DNA of 64,000 nucleotides from Escherichia phage EP75: sequence record MG748547; one strand, 5' to 3'. Shown piece by piece: positions 63,044 to 64,000 of this stretch (position 1 is its first letter; each line of letters starts with the position of its first letter). The notes under the pieces were generated by a model. It saw only the letters and a program-made list of their open reading frames with translations, ran no database searches and was not told where the DNA came from. The position numbers and the translations under genes were made by a program.

Positions 63044-64000
63044 ATGATTTCTCAATTCAATCAACCACGCGGCTCCACTTCTATAGAAGTTAACAAACAA
63101 TCTATCGCTCGAAATTTCGGTGTCAAAGAAGACGAAGTCATTTATTTCACTGCTGGTATTGATCTCAGTGGATTTAAAGTAATTTATGATGAGTCTACCC
63201 AACGGGCTTATTCTCTTCCTTCAGGTATTGTTTCAGGAACGACTGCGATAAGTCTGAACGAACAAGCCATCCTTACTCATTCTTCTGGCTCTGTTGACCT
63301 TGGGGAATTAGCAGTAAGTCGCGAAGAATATGTGACTTTACCTGGTTCTTTTAATTTCGGCCATACCATTAATGTGAAAAATGAACTTCTTGTTCACGAT
63401 GATAAAAAATATCGATGGGATGGTTCACTTCCTAAAACTGTCGATGCTGGCTCAACACCTGAAACATCTGGTGGCGTTGGTTTAGGTGCATGGTTGAGTG
63501 TTGGTGACGCAGCATTTAGACAGGAAGCCAACAAAAAATTCAAATATTCAGTAAAGTTATCTGATTATTCTACATTACAGGATGCAGCGACAGCAGCCGT
63601 AGATGGATTGCTTATTGATATCAATTACAACTTCACAGATGGTGAGTCTGTAGATTTTGGTGGTAAGACTTTAACCATTAACTGTAAGGCTAAGTTTATT
63701 GGAGATGGGGCTTTAATCTTTAATAATATGGGGCCAGGCTCGGTAATTAATCAACCATTCATGGAGAGCAAGACTACTCCATGGGTCATTTTCCCGTGGG
63801 ATGCTGATGGTAAATGGATTACAGATGCTGCCCTTGTTGCTGCAACGCTGAAGCAATCAAAGATTGAAGGCTATCAACCTGGGGTAAATGACTGGGTTAA
63901 ATTCCCTGGATTAGAGGCATTACTCCCACAGAACGTTAAAGACCAACATATTACAGCCACTCTAGATATTCGCAGTGCCAGCCGAGTAGAAATAAGAAAT
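63044..64000 (+). CDS. Tailspike, P22 gp9-like endorhamnosidase receptor-binding domain (3' end outside window)
   Basis: Own translation from ATG 63044 is open to nt 64000. FKYSVKLSDYSTLQDAATAAVDGLLID..VDFGGKTLTINCKAKFIGDG..TTPWVI..ATLKQSK.EGYQP is near-collinear with the P22 tailspike as I recall it. Confidence 0.85.
   Translation, partial: MISQFNQPRGSTSIEVNKQSIARNFGVKEDEVIYFTAGIDLSGFKVIYDESTQRAYSLPSGIVSGTTAISLNEQAILTHSSGSVDLGELAVSREEYVTLPGSFNFGHTINVKNELLVHDDKKYRWDGSLPKTVDAGSTPETSGGVGLGAWLSVGDAAFRQEANKKFKYSVKLSDYSTLQDAATAAVDGLLIDINYNFTDGESVDFGGKTLTINCKAKFIGDGALIFNNMGPGSVINQPFMESKTTPWVIFPWDADGKWITDAALVAATLKQSKIEGYQPGVNDWVKFPGLEALLPQNVKDQHITATLDIRSASRVEIRN
63134..63525 (+). repeat. Tailspike shared module, copy 2
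   Basis: EVIYFTAG...YRWDGSLPKTVDAGSTPETSGGVG...VGDA. Paralogous to 60994-61385. Confidence 0.85.

Noticed and set aside
1-64000. A prophage, integrative element or defence island.
   Set aside because: No integrase, recombinase, repressor or att-like repeats are visible. Gene content and density are those of a virulent T4-like/ViI-like genome. The only mobile element I can support is the GIY-YIG endonuclease gene.

Overview
This window is a segment of a large virulent myovirus of the ViI/Det7/CBA120 type (Ackermannviridae, Kuttervirus-like), judged from recognisable protein motifs and recalled homologies, with no searches run. It is almost fully coding. It carries T4-like replication genes: a gp41-type helicase cut by the window start, an ATP-dependent ligase, a gp59-like loader, split topoisomerase II, a family-B DNA polymerase and dCMP deaminase. 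It also carries an rIIA/rIIB-like pair, many small accessory ORFs, a baseplate/tail block, a repeat-containing tail fibre and two tailspikes. The second tailspike (63044 to the window end) is P22-gp9-like and is missing from the ORF track because it has no stop codon in the window. A free-standing GIY-YIG homing endonuclease sits between structural genes. Around the polymerase lie a P-loop kinase, a PLP enzyme and a HAD nucleotidase, consistent with the thymidine-hypermodification chemistry reported for ViI-like phages. Other notable accessory genes are an H-Y-E ADP-ribosyltransferase-like protein, a macrodomain protein, a QueC-like PP-loop ATPase and a C39-like peptidase. Regulation is unusually legible. 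A CTTCAATAA box occurs in either orientation 10-14 nt upstream of TATAAT-like -10 elements that often sit in hairpin loops. CTAAATACCCC late-type cassettes have hairpins that sequester the ribosome-binding site. The most unusual region is 51.5-55.1 kb, about 3.6 kb with no credible ORF on the minus strand, bounded by a promoter box and a strong terminator. It holds 3 canonical tRNAs (Tyr, Asn, CAT), at least 6 elements with a canonical T-arm but no anticodon arm, and several long perfect hairpins. All RNA folds were done by eye and need computational confirmation.
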